Of a stretch of DNA of 32,000 bases, positions 1 to 8,183 are shown piece by piece. Made by a program: the position numbers and the translations under genes. This DNA is from Rhodospirillales bacterium (GTDB lineage Bacteria; Pseudomonadota; Alphaproteobacteria; Rhodospirillales; Casp-alpha2), in NCBI GenBank assembly GCA_040216635.1, contig JAVJOU010000003.1, positions 87,175 to 119,174 on the forward strand, read 5' to 3'. Below the pieces are notes generated by a model, which did not search any database, had not been told where the DNA came from, and saw only the letters and a program-made list of their open reading frames with translations. The first letter of the stretch is position 1; each line of letters opens with the position of its first letter.

Positions 1-333
1 GTTGTTCGGTCGTTCGCGGGTGATTTCAACCCACCCCATATGCATGATGGCCATGTATCCGGGGCGGGATACCTCATGGTGCCCGAACAAATCAGCCGGG
101 GAGAAGCATCACGCAAAGCCGATGGGGATGGCGGTTTTATCAATTTCCATTTTTGCTCGACACAATTCGCAAGTGACGGCATGTACACGGGCAAGCCCCG
201 GGTCGGCCATGTCTTTCTGTTTCCCAATTATCTCAGCCATTCGGTGAACCCGTTCCAAGGCGAAGGGGAACGCCGTTCCTTTTCATTCAACGCAATGGTC
301 GATGACGATATTTATGACATTTATCGGTTATAG
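1..333 (+). CDS. 2OG-Fe(II) oxygenase-like protein (TIGR02466/PF13759-type pattern), 5'-truncated by window edge
   Basis: Frame 1 is open from base 1 (VVRSFAGDFNPPHMHDGHVSGAGYLMVPE...). The H-x-H..SG..Y...G.INF...G.VFLFP..LSH.V.P....R.SFSFN pattern is typical of this family. Stop at 331-333. Confidence 0.5.
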   Translation, partial: VVRSFAGDFNPPHMHDGHVSGAGYLMVPEQISRGEASRKADGDGGFINFHFCSTQFASDGMYTGKPRVGHVFLFPNYLSHSVNPFQGEGERRSFSFNAMVDDDIYDIYRL

Positions 334-413
334 ATACGGTTAACGGATTGCTAACCACCCCGTGCCATCCTGACGTTGGACGAGTTTTTGACGCAGGATG
401 GGACAAAACCCCC

Positions 414-941
414 ATGAAAAAGATCATTGCAGCCGTTGCCTTCTCGGCCGTGCTGACCGCGTGCGGATACGTGGACAAGTACGAAGAAGGCGTTGCCGAT
501 TACGAGCCGACCTATTGCTATGCAGCCTTGGGCGGCGGGGTGGAATGCTTCCGCGAGCCCATCGCCGGCGAAGACCGGCGGCTGGTCAATTATTACGGCA
601 AGCACCCGTCACGCTATGACGCGCCGGAAAAACCGGCCCCCGTGGCCTATCAGGCCCCGCCCATGACCAATGTTTGGGTTAAGGATCCGGAACCGGTTAT
701 CCGCGCCATGCCCAAGGGCGACACGGCGGACCGGCCCTGGCTGGCCTCCGATTATCAGGAACCGGCGGCAGGGCAGACGTCTCCGGTCGCGACACAGGCG
801 TTTCTGCGCCGGGCCCATGAACATCTCAGCCGGTCGATCCGGCAGGATTCGCAGGATAAACTGAACAAACTCAGCCAGCGGGAAAGCGAGGACGCCCGGA
901 CGTCGGAAGAGACGCCCGCGGAGGCACCCCCCTTTCGTTAA
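414..941 (+). CDS. Lipoprotein, proline-rich, unknown function
   Basis: MKKIIAAVAFSAVLTAC has a signal peptide with lipobox L-T-A-C. Start moved to the internal ATG at 414 of track ORF 348..941. A hairpin terminator follows. Confidence 0.7.
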   Translation: MKKIIAAVAFSAVLTACGYVDKYEEGVADYEPTYCYAALGGGVECFREPIAGEDRRLVNYYGKHPSRYDAPEKPAPVAYQAPPMTNVWVKDPEPVIRAMPKGDTADRPWLASDYQEPAAGQTSPVATQAFLRRAHEHLSRSIRQDSQDKLNKLSQRESEDARTSEETPAEAPPFR

Positions 942-998
942 TACCTCGATCTGACGACCGGCAGTTCTGTTCGCTCTGACAATATCTTAACGATAAAC

Positions 999-1036
999 AT
1001 GGCCGTCCCGGGCGCGGGGCGGCCATTAGCTTTTTG
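999..1036 (+). terminator. Rho-independent terminator after the lipoprotein gene
   Basis: atggccgtccc / ggggcggccat form an 11-bp stem (one G-U pair), followed by tagcttttt. Confidence 0.6.
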
Positions 1037-1062
1037 AAATATTCCACAGCTTTTTGGATATT

Positions 1063-1078
1063 TGTGACATGAGTCACA
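1063..1078. promoter_or_regulatory. CRP/FNR-family binding-site candidate (TGTGA-N6-TCACA)
   Basis: tgtgacatgagtcaca matches both half-sites of the CRP consensus exactly. It lies about 60 bp upstream of the ATG at 1137. Confidence 0.5.
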
Positions 1079-1136
1079 TGACTTTCGTTAGGGGTTCTGC
1101 TACGAGTCCATTCTCCTTTCCTGACAAAAACCTGAC

Positions 1137-1352
1137 ATGGTGAATGAGGGGCGGACGGTGAAAGACAAAACGCAGAAACCCGCGATCAAGCAGACCGAGA
1201 TGCAACGCCTTCAGAATCAACTGGTTGGCGACGCTTCGGACAAATCAGGCGCTTCCAAGCCCGCTTCGGGGGCCAAGGCCCGCATGATGAAGGGCGCGCG
1301 GAATGCCTGCGGCCCCCTTAATCGCCGTGATTGGCGCTGGGCCGGGAACTGA
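1137..1352 (+). CDS. Small basic hypothetical protein (71 aa)
   Basis: The ORF has GC-rich third codon positions consistent with coding, and sits downstream of the CRP-type box. No recognisable domain. Confidence 0.35.
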   Translation: MVNEGRTVKDKTQKPAIKQTEMQRLQNQLVGDASDKSGASKPASGAKARMMKGARNACGPLNRRDWRWAGN

Positions 1353-1469
1353 TCCCGCGGCCGGAATTCGGACGGTTTTGAACAGGGGTCCGGCGGTCTT
1401 GCCGGGCCTTGTTCATTGGGGGGCGGGGCCGGTATGTGGCCTGACTTTGCCCGCCAGACGAGGTCTTTC

Positions 1470-1498
1470 TTGACACCCGCGCGACAGGGCTTTAAATC
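1470..1498 (+). promoter_or_regulatory. Candidate sigma70-type promoter upstream of tRNA-Met
   Basis: TTGACA (1470-1475), 17-nt spacer, TAAATC (1493-1498). It lies about 50 nt upstream of the tRNA. Confidence 0.4.
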
Positions 1499-1550
1499 CC
1501 ACCTCTCCAATGGCCACCCCCGGGTGGCAAGTCCTATATAAGTTCTCTGG

Positions 1551-1627
1551 GGCGGAGTAGCTCAGCTGGTTAGAGCAGCGGAATCATAATCCGCGTGTCG
1601 GGGGTTCGAGTCCCTCCTCCGCTACCA
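1551..1627 (+). tRNA. tRNA-Met (anticodon CAU); tRNA-Ile2 (lysidine) cannot be excluded
   Basis: Hand-folded cloverleaf: acceptor ggcggag/ctccgct, D arm gctc/gagc, anticodon arm gcgga-atCATaa-tccgc, T arm ggggg-ttcgagt-ccctc, discriminator A, encoded CCA. Not initiator-like. Confidence 0.9.
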
Positions 1628-1628
1628 A
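1583..1628 (+). repeat. attL core: 46-bp direct repeat (3' part of tRNA-Met)
   Basis: 1583-1628 matches 17208-17253 at all 46 positions (compared base by base). The flanking bases differ on both sides. Confidence 0.85.
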
Positions 1629-1634
1629 CAAAAA

Positions 1635-1669
1635 CCCCGCTAGGTCAATGACTTAGCGGGGTTTATCTT
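1635..1669 (+). terminator. Rho-independent terminator after tRNA-Met (supplied by the element)
   Basis: ccccgcta / tagcgggg 8-bp stem followed by tttatctt. Confidence 0.6.
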
Positions 1670-1685
1670 GCCTTCCGCCCGGCAG

Positions 1686-1707
1686 TCATGTTGCAACCTT
1701 GTTGCAA
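1686..1707 (-). repeat. Tandem 11-mers ttgcaacaagg + ttgcaacatga (candidate integrase arm-type sites)
   Basis: Read on the minus strand. Same motif family as 1756-1777 and 17148-17169. Confidence 0.55.
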
Positions 1708-1755
1708 GGTAATTCCATTGAATAACAGCCAGTTACAAGCGGTGACAAAAAATCC

Positions 1756-1777
1756 ATGCAACAAGGTTGCGACAAGG
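1756..1777 (+). repeat. Tandem 11-mers atgcaacaagg + ttgcgacaagg (candidate integrase arm-type sites)
   Basis: Inverted relative to 1686-1707. The decamer ttgcgacaag recurs at 17148. Confidence 0.55.
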
Positions 1778-2128
1778 CGCGGGTGACGGCGGCAATTGGG
1801 GCGTTGGGTCGCTAAGCTTTGACGATTGCGCCCGCCCGAGTGATCGCTTGCGCGGGCGTCTATTTTGCCCTATATTGAACCCGCTTGGACAAGTGCGCCT
1901 AATCCGCATTTGGTGTTGATGGGCGCAGCAGAATACCTTATATTGTCAGAATTGGAATTATAGCGACCCGGCACCAGTCGCGGGCGCTTCTTTCGTTTGG
2001 CGCATAGACCAGACGTACACAGCCCAAGTCCCTTAAACATCAGCCCGCCGCCGCCCGTTAGGGTGCGCGGTTTTTTTGTGCGGCCACGGGACGGCCGCGA
2101 CCAAACACCTATGAGAAGGAAAGCAGAA

Positions 2129-2320
2129 ATGAACAGCATGAAATCTGGATTGAATGACGACCTTTTGCGCGGCGCGGAAGCTATCGGCGGCTACTTGGGC
2201 GAGTCCCGCCGCCGGGTGCATTACATGTGCCAACAGGGACATATCCCCGCCTTCCAAGTCGGCAAACGGTGGTACGCCAAAAAATCTGACCTGGACAAGC
2301 GGTTTAGCGCCGCCGGGTAA
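2129..2320 (+). CDS. AlpA/excisionase-type helix-turn-helix DNA-binding protein (63 aa)
   Basis: GAEAIGGYLGESRRRVHYMCQQGHIPAFQVGKRWYAKKSDLD fits the small HTH_17/MerR-like Xis/AlpA pattern. The ATG at 2129 is preceded by gaaggaaag. This is the first gene inside attL. Confidence 0.7.
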   Translation: MNSMKSGLNDDLLRGAEAIGGYLGESRRRVHYMCQQGHIPAFQVGKRWYAKKSDLDKRFSAAG

Positions 2321-2344
2321 TCCCCCGACATGATCGAGTGACAC

Positions 2345-2367
2345 AGCGGCGCAAGCCGCTTTTTTTG
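2345..2367 (+). terminator. Rho-independent terminator
   Basis: agcggc-gcaa-gccgct hairpin followed by tttttt. Confidence 0.55.
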
Positions 2368-2475
2368 TGTCCGCGCGCACAAATGACAACCCCGCCGTTC
2401 GCAGCGGCGGGGCGTCTGAATTGCGTTTGTTTGGTGGTGCGCGCTCACGCCCCCTTGGCAAAGGACTAGAACAGG

Positions 2476-3045
2476 ATGAAACTATCTGCATTCCCCCGAA
2501 AATTCAACCATGGCGTTCCCGCGCCGACATCATCGGGCCGACGCCCAGGCTATCAAATCCCGGTAGGTGATCGGGTCGCCGTTGTTGACGCGCAGGACGC
2601 GCACATCATTAAGCAATATCGCTGGCGTCGTGGCGGGACGGGTGGCGGCTACGCGGTCGCGCGCGTCAAAGGATCGACGGTGTACATGCACAGGCTCATT
2701 ATGGGGGCCGGTGCCGGTGAGATCGTGGACCATGCAAACGGCGACACGATGGACAACCGCCGAAGCAACCTCCGGCTGGTCACGCGATCAGAAAACGCGG
2801 CCAATCGCGCCACAACTGAAAACGCCTCCGGCTTCCGGGGCGTTGTCTTTCATCCCCTGAAAAATCGCTATCAAGGTCGCGTCTCAAAAGACGGCGGCAC
2901 CTATCGCGGCCCCTACCGACGCAAGGCGGAAGATGCCGCGCGAGACTTCGACGCACTCGCCCGTGGCCTGTACGGCGCGTGTTGCTCGTTCAACTTTCCG
3001 ATGGATGGTGAACGGGGCGTTACGCCCGTTGGGGGTGCGCTATGA
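2476..3045 (+). CDS. HNH endonuclease (HNH_3-like) fused to an AP2 DNA-binding domain
   Basis: VDHANGDTMDNRRSNLRLVTRSENAAN is an HNH motif. SGFRGVVFHPLKNRYQGRVSKDGGTYRGPYRRKAEDAARDFDALA is an AP2-type fold pattern. Confidence 0.8.
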   Translation: MKLSAFPRKFNHGVPAPTSSGRRPGYQIPVGDRVAVVDAQDAHIIKQYRWRRGGTGGGYAVARVKGSTVYMHRLIMGAGAGEIVDHANGDTMDNRRSNLRLVTRSENAANRATTENASGFRGVVFHPLKNRYQGRVSKDGGTYRGPYRRKAEDAARDFDALARGLYGACCSFNFPMDGERGVTPVGGAL

Positions 3046-3581
3046 ACAACCAAGTTGAGGCGCTCACAGCCCATGACCCTATCAAGCCGGTCCCGCGCGA
3101 TATGCTGGCGAACGCAATCATGGTTGGTTCGCGGGCATATGCGGGCCGGGATCGCATGGCCCCCCTCGCTGGTCAATATGCGCCGTCCCTATGGATGGAA
3201 GATGAGGATGACGGTCTGCAACTTGTCACCTTCACGAATCATCCGTTGAACCGCTTTGCTATGTCGATCCTGGATGCAAACCCGTTCGACCGCGACACAG
3301 CCCGCGCGCTTCTGTTCCGGTCGTTCCTGTTCGCGGACGTGATGAACGACAAACGGGCAGCACCCTATCGGCGCGACGACACCGCCGCCCATATGGTTGA
3401 GGTTGACGACGCATTAATTGAAGCCGTCGCGCAGGTGCCGCACGCTTTCATGGCGCAACCAAACTTTGACGAAATATTCCGCCGCGCTGCTGATGCCGTC
3501 TCAGGCCAGCCGCGATTGCCTCTGGCCGATCCAGCGCCCGTGCGTTGTGGAAAACCGGAGGACGAAAACCATGCCGGATAG
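3042..3581 (+). CDS. Hypothetical protein (179 aa)
   Basis: ATGA overlap with the upstream gene and co-directional operon context. No recognisable motif. Confidence 0.55.
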   Translation: MNNQVEALTAHDPIKPVPRDMLANAIMVGSRAYAGRDRMAPLAGQYAPSLWMEDEDDGLQLVTFTNHPLNRFAMSILDANPFDRDTARALLFRSFLFADVMNDKRAAPYRRDDTAAHMVEVDDALIEAVAQVPHAFMAQPNFDEIFRRAADAVSGQPRLPLADPAPVRCGKPEDENHAG

Positions 3582-3858
3582 CGCACCCATAGACACCCGT
3601 TCCAACGAGGGCGTTGCCCTTCGATTGTCCGAAGGTTGGCAAATCAACTTCGACTCCCTTCAATGGATCGTCTGTAGGGGCCGAAATTTGCGTTCAGGGC
3701 GCAAGTGGCAGCCCGTGGCATACATCGCGGCCCGGAAGTCTTCACTCCTGCGGATACTGGCCGAATACGGGGCGGAAATTACCCCAGGGGCCGAAGCGAC
3801 CTTAACAGCCTGGCCCGACACCTTCCGCCAGTGGCGAGCGCAACGGGAGGGGCGTTAG
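3571..3858 (+). CDS. Hypothetical protein (95 aa)
   Basis: The internal ATG at 3571 is preceded by ggagga. It ends directly before the primase ATG. Confidence 0.5.
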   Translation: MPDSAPIDTRSNEGVALRLSEGWQINFDSLQWIVCRGRNLRSGRKWQPVAYIAARKSSLLRILAEYGAEITPGAEATLTAWPDTFRQWRAQREGR

Positions 3859-4851
3859 ATGTTTGGCGCTCATGCGCCGGATTACATCGCGCACCGGCTG
3901 GCCGTGTTTCCGACCGGGGGCGATGATGGCAAGCGGCCCCTTGTTGGTAATTATTCTCGAATGGGTTTGCCCGCGTCCCGGCGCTTATCCCAGGCCCAAC
4001 GATTCAGGACCGCGAATGTAGGATTCTGCACCGGCCCCAGATCAGGCTTAACCGTGGTCGATGTAGACAGCCAGAAGGAAAGCGACTTTGCCGCCGCGCT
4101 GGCCCACTTCGGGGACACCCCGGTAAAGATTCAAAGTGGATCTGGACATTTCCAGGCATGGTATAGGCACGGCGGAGAACGGCGACAAATCCGCGCCCTG
4201 GATAAGATCGACATTCTAGGCACCGGCCTTTGCATCGCCCCGCCGTCTGTTCGCCCGGATCGAGACAACGGCGCTTATCGGTTTCTGGAAGGCTCGCTTG
4301 ACGACCTGGACCGCTTACCCGCCCTGAAATCTCCCGTAGCGCCTTCCCAGGCTGGCCCGGCGCATGTTTCGACTGGAGGCGCGGAACAGGGCCAGCGGAA
4401 CATCTCTCTATTCAGACAGTGCTTAAAAGACCTAGCCGAAGGATGGCCCGCCGATGAACTGCCCGCCCGTGCTTGTGCCTGGAATGAACAGTGCACCCCG
4501 CCGCTACCAGAGGCCGAAGTGATGGCCGTTGCAGCATCGGCAATCCGCTATCACGAACGGGGCGAGAACTGGATAGGCCAGGAAGCCCGCGCACATATCA
4601 CGGCCAGTGAATTAGGCGACCTTGGCGGCAATGGTGATGCCGTGTTGCTCTTGATGAAAGTCCGGGCCGCGCATGGCTGGCGTTGTGGTGAACCGTTCCC
4701 GCTGGCGATGGCGTTGGGCGAGACGCTTGGATGGCACCCCAAAAAATTCCGACAAGTGCGCGGGTTTCTGTGCGAGCGCGATTATCTGGAATGCGTTCAC
4801 CCCGGCGGCGCTGGTCCCGGCGACCCGGCCCTATATCGGCTGCTTAAATGA
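3859..4851 (+). CDS. Bifunctional primase/polymerase (Prim-Pol N-terminal domain) with PriCT-like C-terminal domain
   Basis: VVDVDSQKE...IQSGSGHFQAWYRH...ILGTGLCIAPPS matches the Prim-Pol catalytic pattern (DxD, sGGxH). The C-terminal NISLFRQC...PLPEAEVMAVAASAIRY is PriCT-like. Confidence 0.8.
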   Translation: MFGAHAPDYIAHRLAVFPTGGDDGKRPLVGNYSRMGLPASRRLSQAQRFRTANVGFCTGPRSGLTVVDVDSQKESDFAAALAHFGDTPVKIQSGSGHFQAWYRHGGERRQIRALDKIDILGTGLCIAPPSVRPDRDNGAYRFLEGSLDDLDRLPALKSPVAPSQAGPAHVSTGGAEQGQRNISLFRQCLKDLAEGWPADELPARACAWNEQCTPPLPEAEVMAVAASAIRYHERGENWIGQEARAHITASELGDLGGNGDAVLLLMKVRAAHGWRCGEPFPLAMALGETLGWHPKKFRQVRGFLCERDYLECVHPGGAGPGDPALYRLLK

Positions 4852-5023
4852 CCGTTCGGGCAAAGTGGCAAAAGGGGGCACATTTTTGCCCCCAATATAA
4901 CTATACCCCTTCCCCCCTCTATCCAGGGGACCAGGATCGAAAACAGCCAGAAACCAATTTTGCGCGATTTTCGATTTTCAATCCGCGTCGTGAGACGCCG
5001 AGGCCCATAGAAGGAATTTCAGC

Positions 5024-5206
5024 ATGAAAGAAGATTTGCAATTTGGCCGCGTTGACCTTTTCCCAGACTGGCTGGAATTGCTGCGGTCGGTTGACTATGA
5101 CGTTGACCGGTTGCCGCGAGCCGACGCACGCGCGGTCTATCACGGCCTACGGATGAGCAATATTTGGCTGATGGTCCCCCGCCGGAGCCGTCGCGATGCT
5201 GATTGA
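5024..5206 (+). CDS. Small hypothetical protein (60 aa)
   Basis: gaagga lies 9 nt upstream of the ATG. Its stop overlaps the start of the next gene. Confidence 0.35.
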   Translation: MKEDLQFGRVDLFPDWLELLRSVDYDVDRLPRADARAVYHGLRMSNIWLMVPRRSRRDAD

Positions 5207-5726
5207 TGAATCTGTTTTCGCGGATTGGCCGCCGGGCGCGTTCATCTTCAACATGGCGAGTCCCGCCAAGGTGAACGCGGCCCGTTTACGCCGAATTGCG
5301 GAAGACCTGGCTACACACAGTAACCAGGATCATAGATGGCTTGGCGAGCGTGTTCTTGACTACCTGGACGACGCCCCACGAGGCGCGACCCTGGACCGTG
5401 CCCTAGGTGTTGAACCTTTGCCGTTTTGTCGCCCCTGGTGGGACGAGGACACCCGCGACAACCTAGTGACTCAACTGGCCGCCCACTTTCCAGGCAAGAA
5501 GCTAACCGTAAAGGCTAAGGCGAGTGCCGCCGCTGCGAGACGATATGCCACCGACGTATGGCCGCGCGAGTGTGGCCTTTCTGAGCCGCCGGAATGGCGA
5601 GAGGGGTCGGCGCAGGAAATCTGCTGGCGGCTTCACAAGGCCCCCGGCAAATGGCCGTTGGGCTGGCGCCAGATTTACAGCGTTTTGCAATCACGACCCG
5701 TTCCGATTGCAAAAACTGAGGCGTAA
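5196..5726 (+). CDS. Hypothetical protein (176 aa)
   Basis: Co-directional ORF with normal amino-acid composition. No recognisable motif. Confidence 0.55.
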   Translation: MLIDESVFADWPPGAFIFNMASPAKVNAARLRRIAEDLATHSNQDHRWLGERVLDYLDDAPRGATLDRALGVEPLPFCRPWWDEDTRDNLVTQLAAHFPGKKLTVKAKASAAAARRYATDVWPRECGLSEPPEWREGSAQEICWRLHKAPGKWPLGWRQIYSVLQSRPVPIAKTEA

Positions 5727-5777
5727 ATTTGTTGCATGGAAGGCGGGACAGCCCCCGCCCGTAGTGGAGAAATTAAA

Positions 5778-6383
5778 ATGTTTGGAAAAAAGCAGGCCAA
5801 GCTTCCGGCGGTTGAAACCGTGGAGACGTCTTCGCAGGACGCCCGCGCCAAGGTATCCGCATTGAGGGCACGTTTGCGCGAACTGGAAAACGAACGCGCC
5901 CGCCTGAATTCCGCACGTTGGGCGATTGAAACCGCGAATGATGGCGGCAAGCTTGATGATGCCGCCGCCGCGCTGTTGGAAGACGTTGCTGCCGAAATCC
6001 CAGACGTGACCAACATCGAGCAAAATCTCAAAAAGGTTGAGAACGATATCGTCGTTACAGAGAAAGCCTTATTCAAGGCACGGGAAATTCTGGACGCTGC
6101 AAAGCGGCGGGATGCAAGGGCGGCTGTTAAGCAGCTGCGCCCGGCGCACCGTGAGGCCGTCGCTAAAATCGCGCACGCCCTAGCCCTTTTGGAAGATGCC
6201 AACAGGGAGGAAGCCGCGATCAGGGGACAGATTCCGGGCGGCGGGCCAACGCTGCCGTTGGCTTCGTTCCCCGGCGTTGGGGGGCGTAATATCCAATGTA
6301 GTCCGGCCTTTTATTGGTTCCGCTTCGCCAAGGACAGCGGCTTGCTGGATGAGCGGCCCCTCTACGCTGACGCGGCGGATTGA
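5778..6383 (+). CDS. Coiled-coil hypothetical protein (201 aa); a scaffold-like role is only a guess
   Basis: The ATG at 5778 is preceded by ggagaa. Long charged, Ala-rich helical segments (ARAKVSALRARLRELENERARL...). It sits directly upstream of the prohead-protease-like gene. Confidence 0.5.
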   Translation: MFGKKQAKLPAVETVETSSQDARAKVSALRARLRELENERARLNSARWAIETANDGGKLDDAAAALLEDVAAEIPDVTNIEQNLKKVENDIVVTEKALFKAREILDAAKRRDARAAVKQLRPAHREAVAKIAHALALLEDANREEAAIRGQIPGGGPTLPLASFPGVGGRNIQCSPAFYWFRFAKDSGLLDERPLYADAAD

Positions 6384-6386
6384 TCC

Positions 6387-7031
6387 ATGACAAATTTGAT
6401 CGGAGTGGATGGCCGCGCCCTTGCCGTCGTGGGATTGGCTTTGCCCTATGGCGAGTGGATTTCCGATAGCAACCTACCCGAACGCGTCCAGTCTGGCGCG
6501 CTTGATAGTCAGTTTGCGCGGGGCGTGTGGTGTCCTGGTGATCCTCAATTGTCCAATGGCGTGACCTGGGAACATGACGACACATTCCGAATTGCAGAGC
6601 CGCAAAACGTCTCAATCCTGAATGCGCCGTCCGGCTTGTACTTCCATGCTCTACTGCCCGACAACGCGCGCGGAAGGCATGCCGCCCAATGCGCGGGATC
6701 AGGGATATTCGGCGCGAGCGTCGGCAATTTCGACATTCGCAACCAAGATCAGGACGGCACGGTTACGGCGTGCAGAATCCGCGCCATCGGCCTTACAGAC
6801 CGCCCGGCATATGAAACCGTTATTTGGCGTTCCGACGCGGCCCCCGAAAGCATGCCGACGGAAGCCCGAGACACTATGCGCCGGTTTCAGATTGCCGACA
6901 TGGCAGCGCGTAGCCGGACGGACGCCCCCGAAGCGAAGGGCACGGGTAAGGCTGTAATTCACATTTTCCAGGACGGCGCGAAAAACGGAAAGCCGACATA
7001 CCGCCGCGAAGTCAGAACGGTGCGCCCATGA
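6387..7031 (+). CDS. HK97-family prohead protease-like protein (S78 type)
   Basis: VTWEHDD (candidate catalytic His) and GIFGASVGNF (candidate Ser) occur in the usual order, and LTDRPAYE lies near the end of the domain. Confidence 0.6.
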   Translation: MTNLIGVDGRALAVVGLALPYGEWISDSNLPERVQSGALDSQFARGVWCPGDPQLSNGVTWEHDDTFRIAEPQNVSILNAPSGLYFHALLPDNARGRHAAQCAGSGIFGASVGNFDIRNQDQDGTVTACRIRAIGLTDRPAYETVIWRSDAAPESMPTEARDTMRRFQIADMAARSRTDAPEAKGTGKAVIHIFQDGAKNGKPTYRREVRTVRP

Positions 7032-7657
7032 ACGGCGCGACCTTAACCCTTGTAACACCGCCCCCCGTTTATCCGGTGACGGACGCGGAAGTGTGGGACC
7101 ATCTGAGGGTGAACCTCATAGGGTCGCCTGCGGTCCCTGTTGACCAGTCACATATCGCGACCCTCATTGCCGCCGCCGTCAACCATATGGACGGTAAGGA
7201 CGGCGCGTTGGGCCGCGCCTTGGTCACTCAAACCTGGGACTACAAAATGGATTGCCTTCCGCGTGACGGCTTTAAAGTCCCGTTGCCGCCCGTGCAGTCT
7301 GTGACGTTCATCAAGTACATCGACCTAAACGGGATCGAACAAACGCTATCCTCTGACCTGTACACGGTCGATACATCTTCTGAACCGGCGCGGATCGTCC
7401 CGGCATATGGCGAGACGTGGCCCGACGCCCGGAACCAAGTCAACGCCGTCACAGTGCGCCTTGTCTGCGGCTACCCCCCCGAGGGAAGCCCGGCAGACTA
7501 CCGCGCGAATGTGCCCGGCCCCATCAAATCGGCGATTAAGCTGTTGGTCGATGACCTGTACCAGCACCGGGGCACAGCGGGGCCGCGCGCACCCATCAAG
7601 ACCATTCCCCTCAATGTGTCGGCGCTTATCGCGCCCTATCGCGCGTGGGGGGTGTGA
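7028..7657 (+). CDS. Head-tail connector/adaptor (gp6-like, phiE125 gp8 / TIGR02215-type)
   Basis: N-terminus: VTDAEVWDHLRVN...IATLIAAAVNHMDGKDGALGRALVTQTW. C-terminus: PLPPVQSVTFIKYIDLNG...YTVD...PARIVPAYGETWP...VTVRLVCGY. Confidence 0.7.
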   Translation: MNGATLTLVTPPPVYPVTDAEVWDHLRVNLIGSPAVPVDQSHIATLIAAAVNHMDGKDGALGRALVTQTWDYKMDCLPRDGFKVPLPPVQSVTFIKYIDLNGIEQTLSSDLYTVDTSSEPARIVPAYGETWPDARNQVNAVTVRLVCGYPPEGSPADYRANVPGPIKSAIKLLVDDLYQHRGTAGPRAPIKTIPLNVSALIAPYRAWGV

Positions 7658-7660
7658 CGC

Positions 7661-8077
7661 ATGTTTGACAAACTGAAACACAAATTCGGTAGGGCCGTTC
7701 TCCCCCAAGCCGAAGGGGCCGGCAGCGTCTCCGGGTGCGTTGGCGCGCCGCCCCATCAATTCCAGGACCAAGCCGACAAGGAAACAGACGCGGCTTTTTT
7801 AATCATCGAGCAAAGCCCGGACCCCGCCATGGCTGCAATCACACTTGCCACAGTTGCGGTTGATCTTGTCGCGGCTGTAGGTGGTCGAAAGGTCGCGCGT
7901 GATTTCGTGATGATCCAGCTTGCCCGCGTCCGCGCTAACGCCATCCCGGCCCAAGTCGATATTGAAGGGATCACGGTTGCTGATGTACGCGCCGCCATCG
8001 AAGCACAGCGGGTCAAGGTCGAACAGGCCGCGCAATCATCGGAACAGCTTCGCGTCCTGATGCCGGGGCCGCAATGA
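7661..8077 (+). CDS. Hypothetical protein (138 aa)
   Basis: Co-directional ORF 3 nt after the previous stop. No motif recognised. Confidence 0.5.
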   Translation: MFDKLKHKFGRAVLPQAEGAGSVSGCVGAPPHQFQDQADKETDAAFLIIEQSPDPAMAAITLATVAVDLVAAVGGRKVARDFVMIQLARVRANAIPAQVDIEGITVADVRAAIEAQRVKVEQAAQSSEQLRVLMPGPQ

Positions 8078-8183
8078 TGGGCGAGGTATTGCACACAGAC
8101 GGCCACCAGGGGATGGGGGGGCAAAATAGCTACAAGACGGGTTTTTGCGTACCGGTGTTGCCCTTTTGCGTGGATGAAATGGA

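Noticed and set aside
1511-1528. GCCACCC-cc-GGGTGGC inverted repeat upstream of tRNA-Met, considered as a terminator
   Set aside because: There is no T-tract, a 2-nt loop is sterically implausible, and it sits between the candidate promoter and the tRNA. It might be a protein-binding palindrome or a processing signal, but I cannot support a call.
1870-2139. 89-aa minus-strand ORF in the attL-proximal region
   Set aside because: Odd Gly/Arg/Lys-rich composition and no RBS. It overlaps the start of the AlpA-like gene. The region is more likely regulatory.
5675-6202. 175-aa minus-strand ORF, and 5691..6023 (-), opposite the coiled-coil gene
   Set aside because: This is an Ala/Ser/Arg-rich antisense translation. 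The plus-strand gene has an RBS and fits the co-directional operon.
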